Positions 62,281-64,000 of a stretch of 64,000 nucleotides of DNA are shown in pieces. The DNA is from Octopus vulgaris (lineage: Eukaryota). The stretch is taken from NCBI GenBank assembly GCA_951406725.2, contig OX597817.1, forward strand, positions 67,022,001 to 67,086,000. The letters are read 5' to 3'. The translations under genes and the position numbers were made by a program. Position 1 is the first letter of the stretch. Each line of letters begins with the position of its first letter. Under the pieces are notes generated by a model, which saw nothing but the letters and a program-made list of their open reading frames with translations, was not told the DNA's origin and made no database searches.

Positions 62281-64000
62281 TAAACAGCTGGATACATTAC
62301 TGCAGGCAATACTGGATTTACCAAAGAAATAAACATGAAATTTGACTAAGAAAAATGTGCCAAAGTTATCTTGAAAGGAGGAAAACTAGTTAAGAGTAAC
62401 AATATCACACTAGATAAAGCAAATGAAATAAGAAAATTAGACCAAAGCTAGAACACTAAGTTAAATACTAAGGAATCAATGAACTAGATACGATACAACA
62501 CATACAAATGAAAGAGAAGGTAAGAAAGGAATACTATAGATGAGTTAGATTAATACTGAAAACAGAGTTCAATGTGAAAAACAAGATAGTAGGTATCCCA
62601 GTTTTAAATTACAGCTACGGTATTCTTAACTGGACTCTAAAAAATAATCAAAATAGACAGGAAAATAAGAAAAATAATAACGGGATTTAGGATTCATCAA
62701 CCAAAATCTCTCTCTATATAAACGGCAGTTTGTCTGTCTGTGTGTCTGTGTGTCTGTCACGTTGTACCCTCACCCTGACCACGGCTTTCAACCGATTCTG
62801 ATGAAACTTGACACACACATAGCCCAATGTCATAATTAAAAACTAACGCAGCGAAAATTTTGAAAAGTTCCCCCAGTTCTGAAAAAAATTGATAAATTCA
62901 ACATGGGGTCGAGAATCTAAGCTTTTTATTTGCAACACATTTTCTGTTGTAGTTTTCGCAACTTGCAATCGATTTTCACCAAACTCATGGTGAAGCTTAA
63001 TGTTACCCTAAGAAACTTAATTCTGACATTAGTTTTCCATGCAATACCTTACCATCAGAAAAACTCGATAAAATCATGCCATTTTGGGAAAACGCGTTCA
63101 AATTCAAGATGACATATTTTCGACAATATCTTTCACAAATTGGCAGGAATTTAAAAAAAATTCGCAGCGATCATCATGTCTGCTCCAGGGGCTCTTACAT
63201 ACCCGGGCAATGCCGGGCTATGCTGCTAGTCTGACATAGAAAGGTTATATAGAAAACGTATCGAAGGTGGTAGTGGCCTTATACAGCTAGAAAGCTATTG
63301 CAAAATAACCACCGTAGGATTACAGAAATACCTACTTAAGAAGCAAGGAAAACTGATACAAATAGCCACAAAACACGAACAAAGTAAAAAACTGTTTTCT
63401 GTCTTTAATGAAGCTGGCAAATACGAAAAAAAAGCCATTGTACTTAACAACTACGAAGAAACAACAAAAACTATAAAACAACTGAAATCCAAACTAAAAC
63501 TGGAGCCGCAACGTATCATGATAAAACGATTGCAAGAAAAAACCCTACATGGCAAATATTTGGTTAAACTAATCAGAAAAGAAATAGACAAAGCAAAATC
63601 CCGACGATGGCTGAGAAGCTCAGGACTCAAAGCAGAGATTTAAAAGGCCACAGAAAATGAGAAAGCAACCATACTCTGGGATATGCCAATACGCATAGAG
63701 AAACCAAGGCTAATTAGCCGGATGTAATTGTCAGAGATCATCAAGAAGAATGCTTTCTAATCAATTAATCAATACCAAAGAAACAGAGAAACTTTCAAAA
63801 TACAAAAATCTGGAAATAGAGGTGTAGGCGCATTAGGTATGATGACAAAAACACCAGGACTTACAAGTATATATAGCATACGGAAAATAGCACTACTAGG
63901 CACCACACACATCCTACGTAACACTCTTTCAATACAGTGAAAATAAGAGCACCACAACAAACCACACCACATACCCAAGACACACAGAGCTGCGTTCGGT
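62280..64000 (+). mobile_element. 5'-truncated R4/Dong-clade LINE (RT end, RLE endonuclease, 3' UTR)
   Basis: KCAKVILKGGK..MKEKVRKEYYR..IPVLNYSYGILNWT..KIDRKIRK..HQPKSDIERLYRKRIEGGSGL..LHGKY..ILWDMPI..PDVIVRD..EKLSKYKNL..GALG..KIALLGTTHILR. Starts directly after (TAA)n. Confidence 0.88.
62707..63229 (+). mobile_element. Non-autonomous Helitron nested in the R4/Dong LINE
   Basis: 5' TC, (TCTG/TG) microsatellite near the 5' end, 3' hairpin CCCGG-gcaatg-CCGGG and CTAG terminus. Inserted between A and T with no TSD; removal restores ccaaaa|tctgac (PKSD). Confidence 0.92.

Overview
AT-rich, repeat-dominated eukaryotic DNA; the SINE families and microsatellite load look like an octopus (cephalopod) genome (my recognition, not a database result). 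The only host gene I can support is the 5' end of a sorting nexin-4 (SNX4)-like gene on the minus strand: coding exon 1 at 17579-17689 and exon 2 at 1630-1736, separated by a ~15.8 kb intron. Neither exon is in the ORF track. Everything else is mobile or simple-repeat DNA: a deleted Gypsy LTR element, two mariners and a mariner MITE, RTE, R4/Dong-type and L1/Tx1-type LINE fragments, a Penelope-like GIY-YIG element with long inverted repeats, a non-autonomous Helitron, three tRNA-derived SINE families, small repeats carrying minimal hammerhead-ribozyme motifs, and many microsatellites. The most unusual observation is a ~1.6 kb retroelement that encodes only an ORF1/gag-like zinc-knuckle protein. 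It is present as two strongly diverged copies, both fused to the same nucleotide of a headless tRNA-derived SINE. A second SINE family forms multimers at its own fixed junction, and these elements share 3'-end motifs with a local L1/Tx1-type LINE. Most long ORFs in the supplied track are microsatellite artefacts.
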